Origin: Acutalibacteraceae bacterium
GTDB lineage: Bacteria > Bacillota > Clostridia > Oscillospirales > Acutalibacteraceae
Reading direction: 5' to 3'
Assembly: GCA_045121655.1 (NCBI GenBank)
Contig: JBGVGM010000044.1
Span: forward strand, 2,825 to 66,824
Length of the DNA stretch: 64,000 nt
Below, piece by piece: positions 17,962 to 26,941 of the stretch. Below the pieces are notes generated by a model, which worked only from the letters and a program-made list of their open reading frames with translations, did not search any database and was not told the origin of the DNA. Numbering within the stretch: the stretch's first letter is position 1; each line of letters starts with the position of its first letter. A program made the position numbers and the translations under genes.

Positions 17962-19706
17962 TGCACGCCTCCCATCTGTGAAACATAAATCTGTCGGTAT
18001 TCTTCACAGCTTTCCATAAGCTCCTCATGTCTGCCTATACCGACGGTTTTACCTTGGTCGAGGACAACAATTTTGTCTGCGTCAAGGATTGTACCTATTC
18101 GCTGAGCAACGATAATTACAGTTGCGTCTATGTTTTTTCTGATGTTTGCTCTTACTGCGGCATCGGTTGCAAAGTCGAGAGCTGAAAAGCTGTCGTCAAA
18201 AATGTAAACCTCTGCCTTTCTTGTAAGGGCTCTTGCAATTGAAAGGCGCTGTTTCTGTCCGCCTGAAAGGTTGTTTGCGTTCTGACTGATGAAGGACTGC
18301 ATTCCGTCACTGAGCTTGTCAATAAACTCGCTGCTACAGGAAATATCAAGGGCTTTTCGCATCTGTTCCTCGGTTGCATTCTCGTCTCCGAAGCGAAGGT
18401 TATCCTCAACACTGCCGCTGAAAAGGCACGCCTTCTGAGGCACAAAGCCGATTCTTGAGCGCAGGTCCTTTTGAGTGTAGTTTCTTACATCTGTTCCGTC
18501 AAAAAGTACTTGACCGCCCGTTACGTCGAAAAATCTCGGCACCATGGCAATAAGGCTTGATTTACCGCTGCCCGTACCGCCGATAATTGCAGTTACCTTG
18601 CCTTTTTCAGCAGTGAATGAAATGTCTGAAAGCACAGGACTTTCCGCATTTTCATAAGTGAAACTTACGTTTCTGAATTCAACGGTACCCTTTTTGTTTT
18701 CGTCTGCTGTCTGAGGCTTTTCAGGGTCGGTGATGCTTGCTTTTGTGTCAAGCACTTCAAGAATTCTCAGTGCTGAAATTCTCGCTCTGGGGACAATTAC
18801 AAACATAGCTGCAGCCATAGTTACGGCGAAAATTATCATCAGCATATAGGTAATAAATGCCTGAAGGTCGCCTATGGCAGAAATAAGCTCGGGCTTTTGA
18901 GTCAGATGGTCGAGAGTATCAAGATTTTTAGCCGAAAGAAAAACGAGCAAATCAAGACCGCAGATAATAAGAAGCATACAGGTAGGAATAAGCACTGACA
19001 TTATTCTGTTAAACTTAAGAGTAAGACCTGAAAAGTCCATATTCTTCTGCTCAAATTTTTCGTCTTCAAATTCCTGCTTGTTGAAAGCTCTGATAACTCT
19101 TATACCGCTGAGCTTCTCTCTTATGAAACGGTTGATTCCGTCAAGCATTTTCTGTCTTTTTCTGAACATAGGTATAACCGTTTTGATCACAAGCATCACA
19201 ATAACGGCAATAAGGGGAATAAGTGCAAAAATTACCAGAGCAAGCTTCGGGTTAAGCACAAAGGTCATAACAACACCGCCCACAAGCATAATGGGCGCAC
19301 TTATAATCATACGAAGCACCTGAAGAACAAAATCCTGCACAATTCTCACATCGTTTGTACATCTGGTAATAAGTGAGGGTGTGCCGATTTTTTCAATATC
19401 CCCTTTTGAAAGGCTTTCCACCTTGAGAAATAGTGTTCTTCTCAGGGATTTGCTGAAAAGTGCGGCAGTTTTGCTGGAAAAGAAGCTGCCAAAAATGCTG
19501 ATTACTACACTGAGAGCTGATATAACCATCATCATTACTCCCATGCGTTTTATGTAATCAATGTCACCGTTCATTATGCCGTTGTTGATAATATCCGACA
19601 TAAGAAGCGGCAACACAAGTCCGCCAATCTGTCCGAGGATTGCGAAAACCGTTGAAAGAATTGCTGTGCCTTTAATCTCTTTAAGCTGTTTCAGTAATCT
19701 TATCAC
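17958..19706 (-). CDS. ABC transporter, fused permease/ATPase (exporter type), subunit 1
   Basis: ORF track, 598 aa from a TTG at 19754. I prefer the GTG at 19706 (GGAGG 9 nt upstream), giving M/V-IRLLKQLKEIKG. Walker A GGTGSGKSS, signature LSGGQKQ. Overlaps the next gene by 4 nt. Confidence 0.85.
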   Translation of the reverse strand: MIRLLKQLKEIKGTAILSTVFAILGQIGGLVLPLLMSDIINNGIMNGDIDYIKRMGVMMMVISALSVVISIFGSFFSSKTAALFSKSLRRTLFLKVESLSKGDIEKIGTPSLITRCTNDVRIVQDFVLQVLRMIISAPIMLVGGVVMTFVLNPKLALVIFALIPLIAVIVMLVIKTVIPMFRKRQKMLDGINRFIREKLSGIRVIRAFNKQEFEDEKFEQKNMDFSGLTLKFNRIMSVLIPTCMLLIICGLDLLVFLSAKNLDTLDHLTQKPELISAIGDLQAFITYMLMIIFAVTMAAAMFVIVPRARISALRILEVLDTKASITDPEKPQTADENKKGTVEFRNVSFTYENAESPVLSDISFTAEKGKVTAIIGGTGSGKSSLIAMVPRFFDVTGGQVLFDGTDVRNYTQKDLRSRIGFVPQKACLFSGSVEDNLRFGDENATEEQMRKALDISCSSEFIDKLSDGMQSFISQNANNLSGGQKQRLSIARALTRKAEVYIFDDSFSALDFATDAAVRANIRKNIDATVIIVAQRIGTILDADKIVVLDQGKTVGIGRHEELMESCEEYRQIYVSQMGGVQ

Positions 19707-19885
19707 TGCTTTTTTCCTCCGTAAAAATTCTCTCTTCATTTTTATGTCTGCCAAAATGCAAACAAAAATTCATTATAGTATACCAATAATATATGAATAT
19801 TTTGTAAAGAACACCCCCTTTCATATGCAACAGAGTGCATTTCTGTTATAATTTAATAAAGTTTAATGGATTCTGAGGTGCAGAA

Positions 19886-21787
19886 ATGAACAGTCTTTCT
19901 TTTTTTAATATAAATTCCTTTAAAGCTGACGATTCATTCATCGGAAAATTTCAAAAGCTTATCAGCGACACTGTTATCCCTTATCAGTACAAGGTTCTCT
20001 GCGACGAGGTTGAGGGCGCTGCAGAGAGCCATGTAATAAAGAACTTCACCGATGCCGGAAGAGTTCTTTCAGGAAAAGAGCCTCTTGAGGGCTTCAGAGG
20101 TATGGTTTTTCAGGACAGCGATGCCGCAAAGTGGCTTGAAGCTGTAGCTTACAGTCTTAAAGTAAAGCCTGACAATGAGCTTCAGAGCAAGGCTGACAGC
20201 CTTATTGAGCTTATTTCAAAGGCTCAGGACACCGACGGCTATCTCAACACCTTTTACACAATCAAGGACAAGGACAAGCGTTGGACTAATCTTCTTGAGG
20301 GTCACGAGCTTTACTGCTCAGGTCATATGATTGAAGCAGGCTGTGCCTATTTTGAAGCAACCGGCAAGAGAAGTCTTCTCGATATATGCGAAAAAAACGC
20401 AGAGCATATATATAACGTATTTATTGAAAACGGTCACGAGGGATATCCCGGTCATCCGGAAATTGAGCTCGCCCTTTTAAGGCTTTATGAGATTACGAAA
20501 AATGAGAAATATCTCACCCTTGCAAAGCACTTTATTGACGTGCGAGGTGTGGACAGCGACTTTTACATAAAGGAAGTCAAAAGCAGAAACTGGAGTGTGT
20601 GGGGCGGCGACGGCAGAAACAAGTACTATCAGCAAAGCTATCTTCCCGTAAGAGAGCAGAAGGATGCAGTAGGTCACAGCGTAAGAGCTGTTTATCTTTA
20701 TACCGCTATGGCTCACCTTGCTTTTGAAAGCGGAGATAAGGAGCTTTTTGAAGCCTGCAGAACTCTTTTTAAGAGCATTACGGAAAAACGTATGTACATA
20801 ACCGGTGCCATAGGCTCAACGGTACACGGTGAGGCTTTCACCGAGGATTACGATCTGCCCTCAGACACTGCTTATGCAGAAACCTGTGCTTCAATCGGGC
20901 TTATGTTTTTTGCTTCAAGAATGCTTCAGAATGAAGTCAAGGGCGAATACGGCGACATTATGGAAAAAGCCTTTTTCAACACCGTTCTCTCAGGTATGGA
21001 AAGTGACGGAAAACGCTTTTTCTATGTAAATCCCCTTGAAGTTATTCCCGGAATTTCACAAAGAGCAGTCACCCATCATCACGTGCTTACTCAGCGTCCC
21101 TCCTGGTATACCTGCGCCTGCTGTCCTCCCAATGTTGCAAGACTTGTAACCTCTATCGGGAAATACAGCTACGGTGAAAAGGGCGACACCGTTTACTGCC
21201 ACCTTTATTCAGGCGGTACGGCGAGCTTTAAAAACGGTATGAAGCTTAAAACAGAAACTGAGTACCCCTACGGTTTTACAGTAAAGTTTACTGTTGAGGG
21301 CAAGGGAAGATTTGCAGTGCGTGTGCCCTCATGGAGCGAAAAAACAAGCTTCACTTTTGACGGCAAGGCTTCTGAGCCCGAAATTACAGACGGTTACGCT
21401 TATTTCACCATAGAAGATAAAGCAGAAATCACCCTGCAGCTTGACGACACCGTAAGAATTCTTTATCCCTCTTCAAAAATTCCCACCCTCAGCGGTATGG
21501 GTGCAGTAATGCGCGGACCTCTTGTTTACTGTGCAGAGGGCAAGGACAACAAAGACGATGTACTTTCTCTTTACCTTTCAGAAAACGCTTCTTTTACTGC
21601 AGAAAAATCCGACATTCTCGGTGGTACGGTTATTCTTAAAGCAGACGGCTTCAGAAGAGAAATCTCCGATTCTCTTTATTCTTCATCAAAGCCCACCTTC
21701 AAAAATGAGAGCATAACACTTACCCCCTACTACCTCTGGGGCAACCGTGGAGAAACCCAAATGAGAGTATGGCTTCCCGTAAGATAA
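19886..21787 (+). CDS. Glycoside hydrolase family 127 (DUF1680, beta-L-arabinofuranosidase-like)
   Basis: ORF track, 633 aa. Family motifs GHELYCSGHMIEAG, ETCASIG and the Cys cluster WYTCACCPPNVARL. Confidence 0.85.
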   Translation: MNSLSFFNINSFKADDSFIGKFQKLISDTVIPYQYKVLCDEVEGAAESHVIKNFTDAGRVLSGKEPLEGFRGMVFQDSDAAKWLEAVAYSLKVKPDNELQSKADSLIELISKAQDTDGYLNTFYTIKDKDKRWTNLLEGHELYCSGHMIEAGCAYFEATGKRSLLDICEKNAEHIYNVFIENGHEGYPGHPEIELALLRLYEITKNEKYLTLAKHFIDVRGVDSDFYIKEVKSRNWSVWGGDGRNKYYQQSYLPVREQKDAVGHSVRAVYLYTAMAHLAFESGDKELFEACRTLFKSITEKRMYITGAIGSTVHGEAFTEDYDLPSDTAYAETCASIGLMFFASRMLQNEVKGEYGDIMEKAFFNTVLSGMESDGKRFFYVNPLEVIPGISQRAVTHHHVLTQRPSWYTCACCPPNVARLVTSIGKYSYGEKGDTVYCHLYSGGTASFKNGMKLKTETEYPYGFTVKFTVEGKGRFAVRVPSWSEKTSFTFDGKASEPEITDGYAYFTIEDKAEITLQLDDTVRILYPSSKIPTLSGMGAVMRGPLVYCAEGKDNKDDVLSLYLSENASFTAEKSDILGGTVILKADGFRREISDSLYSSSKPTFKNESITLTPYYLWGNRGETQMRVWLPVR

Positions 21788-21795
21788 CTTTACTC

Positions 21796-21823
21796 TTGAT
21801 TTTTTCCACATAATATGTATAAT
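21796..21823 (+). promoter_or_regulatory. Promoter of the lysine-riboswitch leader
   Basis: TTGATT (21796-21801), 16 nt, TATAAT (21818-21823). Confidence 0.55.
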
Positions 21824-21835
21824 ATAAGTTAATAA

Positions 21836-22005
21836 GATAGAGGTGCGTAAATCATCAGTAGCTTTTCTCAGCTTCTCAAAAGGCGTTTACGGAAGGTGAA
21901 AGGGTTTTATGCCGAAGCGTTTCTTCTTTTGAGAGAAGAAGCTGCTGGGTAGCGGAATAATATTCCGTTAACTGTCGCACAAGGCGGAGAGCTATCAGCT
22001 TATAT
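21836..22005 (+). promoter_or_regulatory. Lysine riboswitch (L-box)
   Basis: Begins AAGATAGAGGTGCG, identical to the start of the B. subtilis lysC L-box. Conserved blocks follow in order: GGTGAAAGGG, GCCGAAGC, GCTGCTGG, AACTGTCGCAC. Confidence 0.9.
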
Positions 22006-22017
22006 TATGTAAGTTAT

Positions 22018-22056
22018 GAGAGATTCTTCCTTTGTGAGAATCTCTCTTTAAATTTT
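22018..22056 (+). terminator. Riboswitch expression-platform terminator
   Basis: Perfect 10-bp stem: GAGAGATTCT (22018-22027) with AGAATCTCTC (22037-22046), then TTTAAATTTTT. Lies 20 nt before the RBS of the transporter. Confidence 0.8.
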
Positions 22057-22075
22057 TAAAACGGAGGAAAACAAA

Positions 22076-23914
22076 ATGCAAAAGACCAAAAGATCCCTTG
22101 CGAAAATAATCCTTGCTTTTATGGTTATTTTTGCTCTTGCAATTCCCATGTCATGTGTTGCTGCAGAAGATACTGCTGCTCCTCTCATGACTGAAACAAT
22201 CGGCGCTGCTGACGAAGCTGCCGCTGAAACATCTTTCATTCTCGGCGAAGGTGAAGATGCAATTGAATACGACCTTACAGACGGCGAAAGTGCTCTCGAG
22301 TATGTAGGCGGTTATGCTGACAACCTTGAAGCTGACCCCGACTTCAAAACTCACATCACAACAGCTATTGCAAAGGTTCGTGAATCAATCAGCAAGTATG
22401 CAACAATCTGGTCACTCCTTCCCCCTGTAGTGGCTATTGCTCTTGCACTCATCACAAAAGAGGTTTACTCCTCACTTGTAATCGGTATCATCGTTGGCGG
22501 CCTTATTTATGCAGGCGGTAACTTTGAGACCACAATCACTCATGTAATTACAGACGGTTTCGTTGCAAACGTTGCCGATTCCTACAACATGGGTATCATC
22601 ATCTTCCTTATTCTCCTTGGTGCACTTGTTTCAATGATGAACAAGGCAGGCGGCTCAGCTGCTTTCGGCCGTTGGGCAACAAAGCACATCAAGTCAAGAG
22701 TAGGCGCTCAGCTTGCTACAATCGCTCTCGGCGTGCTTATTTTCATTGACGACTATTTCAACTGCCTTACAGTTGGTTCAGTTATGCGTCCCGTTGCTGA
22801 CGCTCACAAGGTTTCAAGAGCAAAGCTCTCCTACCTTATTGACGCTACAGCAGCTCCCGTTTGCATCATCGCTCCCATTTCATCATGGGCTGCAGCAGTT
22901 GCAGGCTTTGCAAGAAGTGCCGGTGCAGAAAACGGCATCAAGCTCTTCATTCAGGCTATCCCCTATAACTTCTACGCTCTTCTCACAATCGTAATGATGA
23001 TTTTCCTTGCTCTTATGAAGTTCGATTTCGGTCCTATGAAGACACACGAAAAGAACGCAAAAGAAAAAGGCGACCTTTTCACAAGCGGTACACAGCAGGC
23101 TGTTCAGGAAATGACAGCTAACCCCAAGGGCAAGGTTATCGACCTTATATTCCCCGTACTTGTTCTTATCGTTACATGCGTAATCGGTATGATTTACTCA
23201 GGCGGCTTCTTCAGCGGAGAAAGCTTTATTGATGCATTCTCAAACTCAGACGCTTCCGTTGGTCTCGCTTACGGTGCAGGTATCACAATCATCATCACAG
23301 TTATTTATTATCTTCTCAGAAGAGTTCTCAAGTTCAAGGACCTTATGGAATCACTCCCCGAAGGCTTCAAGGCTATGGTTCCCGCAATTATGATTCTTGC
23401 TTGTGCATGGACTCTTAAAGCAATGACAGACTCACTTGGTGCAAAGATCTTCATTTCACAGCTTATCGAAGGCAGTGCAGGTGCATTCCAGTCCTTCCTT
23501 CCTGCAATCATCTTTGTAATCGCTGTTGGCCTTTCATTTGCAACAGGTACATCATGGGGTACATTCGGTATCCTTATCCCCATCGTTCTCAGCGTATTCG
23601 GTGCAGGCGAGCCCATTACAATAGTTGCAATTTCAGCTTGTATGGCAGGTGCTGTTTGCGGCGACCACTGCTCACCCATTTCAGATACAACAATTATGGC
23701 TTCAGCAGGTGCACAGTGTGACCACATCAACCACGTTTCAACTCAGCTTCCCTACGCTCTTACAGTTGCAGGCGTTTCAGCAGTAAGCTATGTAATTGCA
23801 GGCTTCGTTCCCAACTGGATGATTGTTCTTCCTATTGCTATCGTTCTTATGATTGCTACACTCTTTGTAATCAAGGCGGCAACTAAGAAAAAAGGCATAG
23901 GACTTTCAAAATAA
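22076..23914 (+). CDS. NhaC-family transporter (lysine-riboswitch-controlled, candidate lysine transporter) with a ~110-aa N-terminal extension
   Basis: ORF track, 612 aa. NhaC core starts near WSLLPPVVAIALALITKEVY. The N-terminal extension carries a signal/TM segment and an acidic region. Confidence 0.85.
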   Translation: MQKTKRSLAKIILAFMVIFALAIPMSCVAAEDTAAPLMTETIGAADEAAAETSFILGEGEDAIEYDLTDGESALEYVGGYADNLEADPDFKTHITTAIAKVRESISKYATIWSLLPPVVAIALALITKEVYSSLVIGIIVGGLIYAGGNFETTITHVITDGFVANVADSYNMGIIIFLILLGALVSMMNKAGGSAAFGRWATKHIKSRVGAQLATIALGVLIFIDDYFNCLTVGSVMRPVADAHKVSRAKLSYLIDATAAPVCIIAPISSWAAAVAGFARSAGAENGIKLFIQAIPYNFYALLTIVMMIFLALMKFDFGPMKTHEKNAKEKGDLFTSGTQQAVQEMTANPKGKVIDLIFPVLVLIVTCVIGMIYSGGFFSGESFIDAFSNSDASVGLAYGAGITIIITVIYYLLRRVLKFKDLMESLPEGFKAMVPAIMILACAWTLKAMTDSLGAKIFISQLIEGSAGAFQSFLPAIIFVIAVGLSFATGTSWGTFGILIPIVLSVFGAGEPITIVAISACMAGAVCGDHCSPISDTTIMASAGAQCDHINHVSTQLPYALTVAGVSAVSYVIAGFVPNWMIVLPIAIVLMIATLFVIKAATKKKGIGLSK

Positions 23915-23963
23915 TTCAGACTGTCCGATAAACGCACAAGAACGCAAAAAGATTCAAAGTTAA

Positions 23964-23995
23964 AAGGCTGCCACAAAAGTGACAGCCTTTTTCTT
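23964..23995 (+). terminator. Terminator after the NhaC-family gene
   Basis: AAGGCTG (23964-23970) pairs with CAGCCTT (23983-23989), then TTTTT. Confidence 0.7.
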
Positions 23996-24301
23996 CATAT
24001 CATATATTTTCTCATTTTAAAAGCCGATAGCTTATTATGTTTCCGATTGACAAGGGATATTATATCACTTAAAATCAATTAGTTCAATATTCAAACTATC
24101 CAAACTATTTCACTTTCTTTTGGCACTATTTACTTTAAAAAAGTCATTGTCAACAATAAAGCCACAAAAAACTATGGACTTTTCACAAAAATCACTTTTT
24201 GAAAAAAGTTAGATAAACTTATGGAAAAATAGATAAATATATGTTATAATGTTTTTTGTATGTAAAACCCAACACTAAAACTAAAGGAGTGCTAAGTTAA
24301 A

Positions 24302-25570
24302 ATGAGTTTTAAGGAGTTAATTATCAACGCAGGCTCTTCCTCACTGAAATATCAGGTGTTTGAAATGCCCGAAGCAAAGGTTCTTGCAAAGGGTATTTTC
24401 GAGCAGATAGGTACTGACTGCACATTCACACACAAAATCGACAAGGACGGCGAAGAAGTTAAGGTTCTCAACAAAAAGCCCGTTGATGCTAAGGACCACA
24501 ACGACGCTATCACAATTCTTCTCGAAACACTCACCGACAAGGAAAACGGCGGCGTTCTTGATTCAATGAACGACATCGCAGCTGTAGGCCACAGAGTTCT
24601 TCACGGCGGCGAAAAGTTCAGCGGCAGCGTTGTTGTTGACGAAGCTGTTAAGGAAGCTATCAGAGAATGTATCCCTCTCGGCCCTCTTCACAACCCTGCT
24701 AACCTTACAGGTATCGAGGTTTGCGAAAGCATTATGAAGGGTATTCCTCAGGTTGCTGTTTTTGACACTGCTTTCCATCAGACAATTCCCGAATGTGCAT
24801 ATATGTATGCTCTTCCCTATAAGTATTATCAGAAGCACGGCATCAGAAAGTACGGTTTCCACGGCACAAGCCACAGATATGTAAGTGCAAGAACAACCGA
24901 CTTCCTTATGAAGAAGTATCCCGGCAAGTACAACGCTGACGAGCTTAAGGTTGTAACCTGCCATCTCGGTAACGGTTCATCAATTTCAGCTATCAAGGGC
25001 GGAAAGTGCTTCGACACAACAATGGGTCTTACTCCTCTTGAGGGTATTATGATGGGTACACGTTCAGGCTCAATCGACCCCGCTATTATCGCAGTTCTTT
25101 GCGAAAGAGAAGGCCTTACAGCTAAGGAAGTTGACAACATCCTCAACAAAAAGTCAGGTATGCTCGGTCTCACAGCTGAATACGACGAAAACGGAAACGA
25201 AATTCCCGACACAGCTACAAGCGACAACAGAACAATCGAAGGCCGTGCAAAGGAAGGCAACAAGAGGGCTATGCTCGTTGAAGATATGCTCTGCCATCAG
25301 CTCGTTAAGTACATCGGCGGTTTTGCTGCTGCTATGGGCGGTGTTGACGCAGTTGTATTCACAGGCGGTATCGGCGAAAACAATCCTCACTACCGTACAA
25401 GAGTTGCTGAAAAGCTTGGCTTCCTCGGCACAAAGATTGACGAAGCTCCCAACAGTGTAAGAGGCGAAGAAATTGAAATTTCAACAGAAGATTCAGCTCT
25501 TAAGCTTCTTGTAATTCCTACCGATGAAGAACTTCTCATCGCTCAGGATACCTACGAGCTTGCAAAATAA
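24302..25570 (+). CDS. ackA: Acetate kinase
   Basis: ORF track, 422 aa. Motifs INAGSSSLKYQVF, GHRVLHGGEKF, HNPANL, VFTGGIGEN. Carries a ~15-aa acidic insertion (AEYDENGNEIPDTAT) compared with typical AckA. Confidence 0.95.
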   Translation: MSFKELIINAGSSSLKYQVFEMPEAKVLAKGIFEQIGTDCTFTHKIDKDGEEVKVLNKKPVDAKDHNDAITILLETLTDKENGGVLDSMNDIAAVGHRVLHGGEKFSGSVVVDEAVKEAIRECIPLGPLHNPANLTGIEVCESIMKGIPQVAVFDTAFHQTIPECAYMYALPYKYYQKHGIRKYGFHGTSHRYVSARTTDFLMKKYPGKYNADELKVVTCHLGNGSSISAIKGGKCFDTTMGLTPLEGIMMGTRSGSIDPAIIAVLCEREGLTAKEVDNILNKKSGMLGLTAEYDENGNEIPDTATSDNRTIEGRAKEGNKRAMLVEDMLCHQLVKYIGGFAAAMGGVDAVVFTGGIGENNPHYRTRVAEKLGFLGTKIDEAPNSVRGEEIEISTEDSALKLLVIPTDEELLIAQDTYELAK

Positions 25571-25577
25571 TTTATTT

Positions 25578-25608
25578 CTGCTGCACTTTTGTGCAGCAGG
25601 ATTTTTTT
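25578..25608 (+). terminator. ackA terminator
   Basis: CTGCTGCAC-TTTT-GTGCAGCAG hairpin (25578-25599), then ATTTTTTT. Confidence 0.85.
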
Positions 25609-25614
25609 GCAAAA

Positions 25615-25658
25615 CTAAAGGGCAGATGCATTTTGGTGCAACTGCCCTTTAGTTTTTA
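25615..25658. terminator. Bidirectional hairpin terminator between ackA and the convergent acyltransferase
   Basis: Perfect 11-bp stem: CTAAAGGGCAG (25615-25625) with CTGCCCTTTAG (25642-25652). T-runs on both strands. Confidence 0.7.
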
Positions 25659-25660
25659 TT

Positions 25661-26887
25661 TTAAGCTTTCTTTTTATCCTGAACGAAGATTATCGGCATC
25701 CATTTGTTTGCTACGTTCACTGCAATTATTATAAAGAAAATGTACACTGTCGCTGAAAGCAGCTGCGTATGAAGACTTTCACGAAGCATACCGTCCATAA
25801 AATGATTGTTGAAGTAGAGATACGGCACTGCACCTGTTGCTGCAGTAGCCAGATATTTGCCGTATTTTATAAGGCGTGTTTCCTCTTTTATAGGGTTGCC
25901 GTTTATATAGGGGAAATACCTGTTGGCAATTTGTGTAAGCGGTAAAAGAAGCAGGAAACATGCAATTGATGCCGGAACAACAAAGAACATTTCATTCTCG
26001 TATTTTTCAAACACTTCTTCGAAAATAAGCAGTACCGGTTTATGAATACCCATATAGAAAAGTGAGTTTTTGCCTACGAATGCTAAAATCCGGTCAATGG
26101 GCAGCTTTATTGCAACAAGTGCAAAGCCTGCACAACTGAGATAACCGCTCAAAAGATAGAGAATGTATTCATCACCGAATTTGTTTCCGTGAATTGAAAC
26201 CACACCATTTGCTCTGCTGAGAACAAAGCCAAGGAAAAGAATTCCCAAAGCTATGAAAAAGCCTGAAATTCTGCTTAAAGAGTCCACCTTAGATTTGTTT
26301 TGGAGATAAAGTTCCATAATAACTCTGCCGAGGTATATACTGAACATTACATTAGGCACACCGTTTATGTGCCATGGCAGATCAATATCCTGGGTAATTA
26401 TGCTCACAAGACAAAAGCAAGCGAGGAAAATTCCCATTTTCTTTTTATCTGCCTTTGTCAGCTTTATAACAAGCCACAACCCTAGCTGTGCAGCAAAAAG
26501 CATATAGATATAATACATAGGGTTTGACGGTGCTTCCACAAGCAGATTGTTTCCCACCAGTATACCGAGAAGATACTCCTTTACAGGTACCTCCTTGTGT
26601 GCCCCTAGAATATTCACCGCATAACGGGTGAGAAAGCTTAAAAACTGAATCCACACATAAGGCACCAGAAGCCTTTTTACAAGCTGAGTGAAATATGCAC
26701 CAAAACTTGTGTTTTTCACCTTTTCAATATTAAGAGTTGCGCCGCTCATCATAAAAAAGATGGGCATATTAAAGGAAACCATCCAGTTACGAAGGGGCTT
26801 ATATACATTCAAGTGGCATAGTATCACCGTGTACATCGAAAAGCCCTTCAGCTCGTCAATCCATTCTATTCTCTTTTTTTCCGCCAT
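25661..26887 (-). CDS. Acyltransferase family 3 (OafA/YrhL-like) integral membrane protein, copy 1
   Basis: ORF track, 408 aa. MAEKKRIEWIDELKGFSMYTVILCHL N-terminus and about 10 TM helices. Confidence 0.8.
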   Translation of the reverse strand: MAEKKRIEWIDELKGFSMYTVILCHLNVYKPLRNWMVSFNMPIFFMMSGATLNIEKVKNTSFGAYFTQLVKRLLVPYVWIQFLSFLTRYAVNILGAHKEVPVKEYLLGILVGNNLLVEAPSNPMYYIYMLFAAQLGLWLVIKLTKADKKKMGIFLACFCLVSIITQDIDLPWHINGVPNVMFSIYLGRVIMELYLQNKSKVDSLSRISGFFIALGILFLGFVLSRANGVVSIHGNKFGDEYILYLLSGYLSCAGFALVAIKLPIDRILAFVGKNSLFYMGIHKPVLLIFEEVFEKYENEMFFVVPASIACFLLLLPLTQIANRYFPYINGNPIKEETRLIKYGKYLATAATGAVPYLYFNNHFMDGMLRESLHTQLLSATVYIFFIIIAVNVANKWMPIIFVQDKKKA

Positions 26888-26941
26888 ACTTTTTCACCTT
26901 CGTTAAGTCGGATTTAAAAGTATGATGCACAATTGAAAGTG

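Noticed and set aside
25130-25200. The acidic ~15-aa insertion in AckA, considered as a sign of a pseudogene or frameshift.
   Set aside because: The reading frame is intact and the flanking catalytic motifs are conserved. It is most simply a lineage-specific surface loop.
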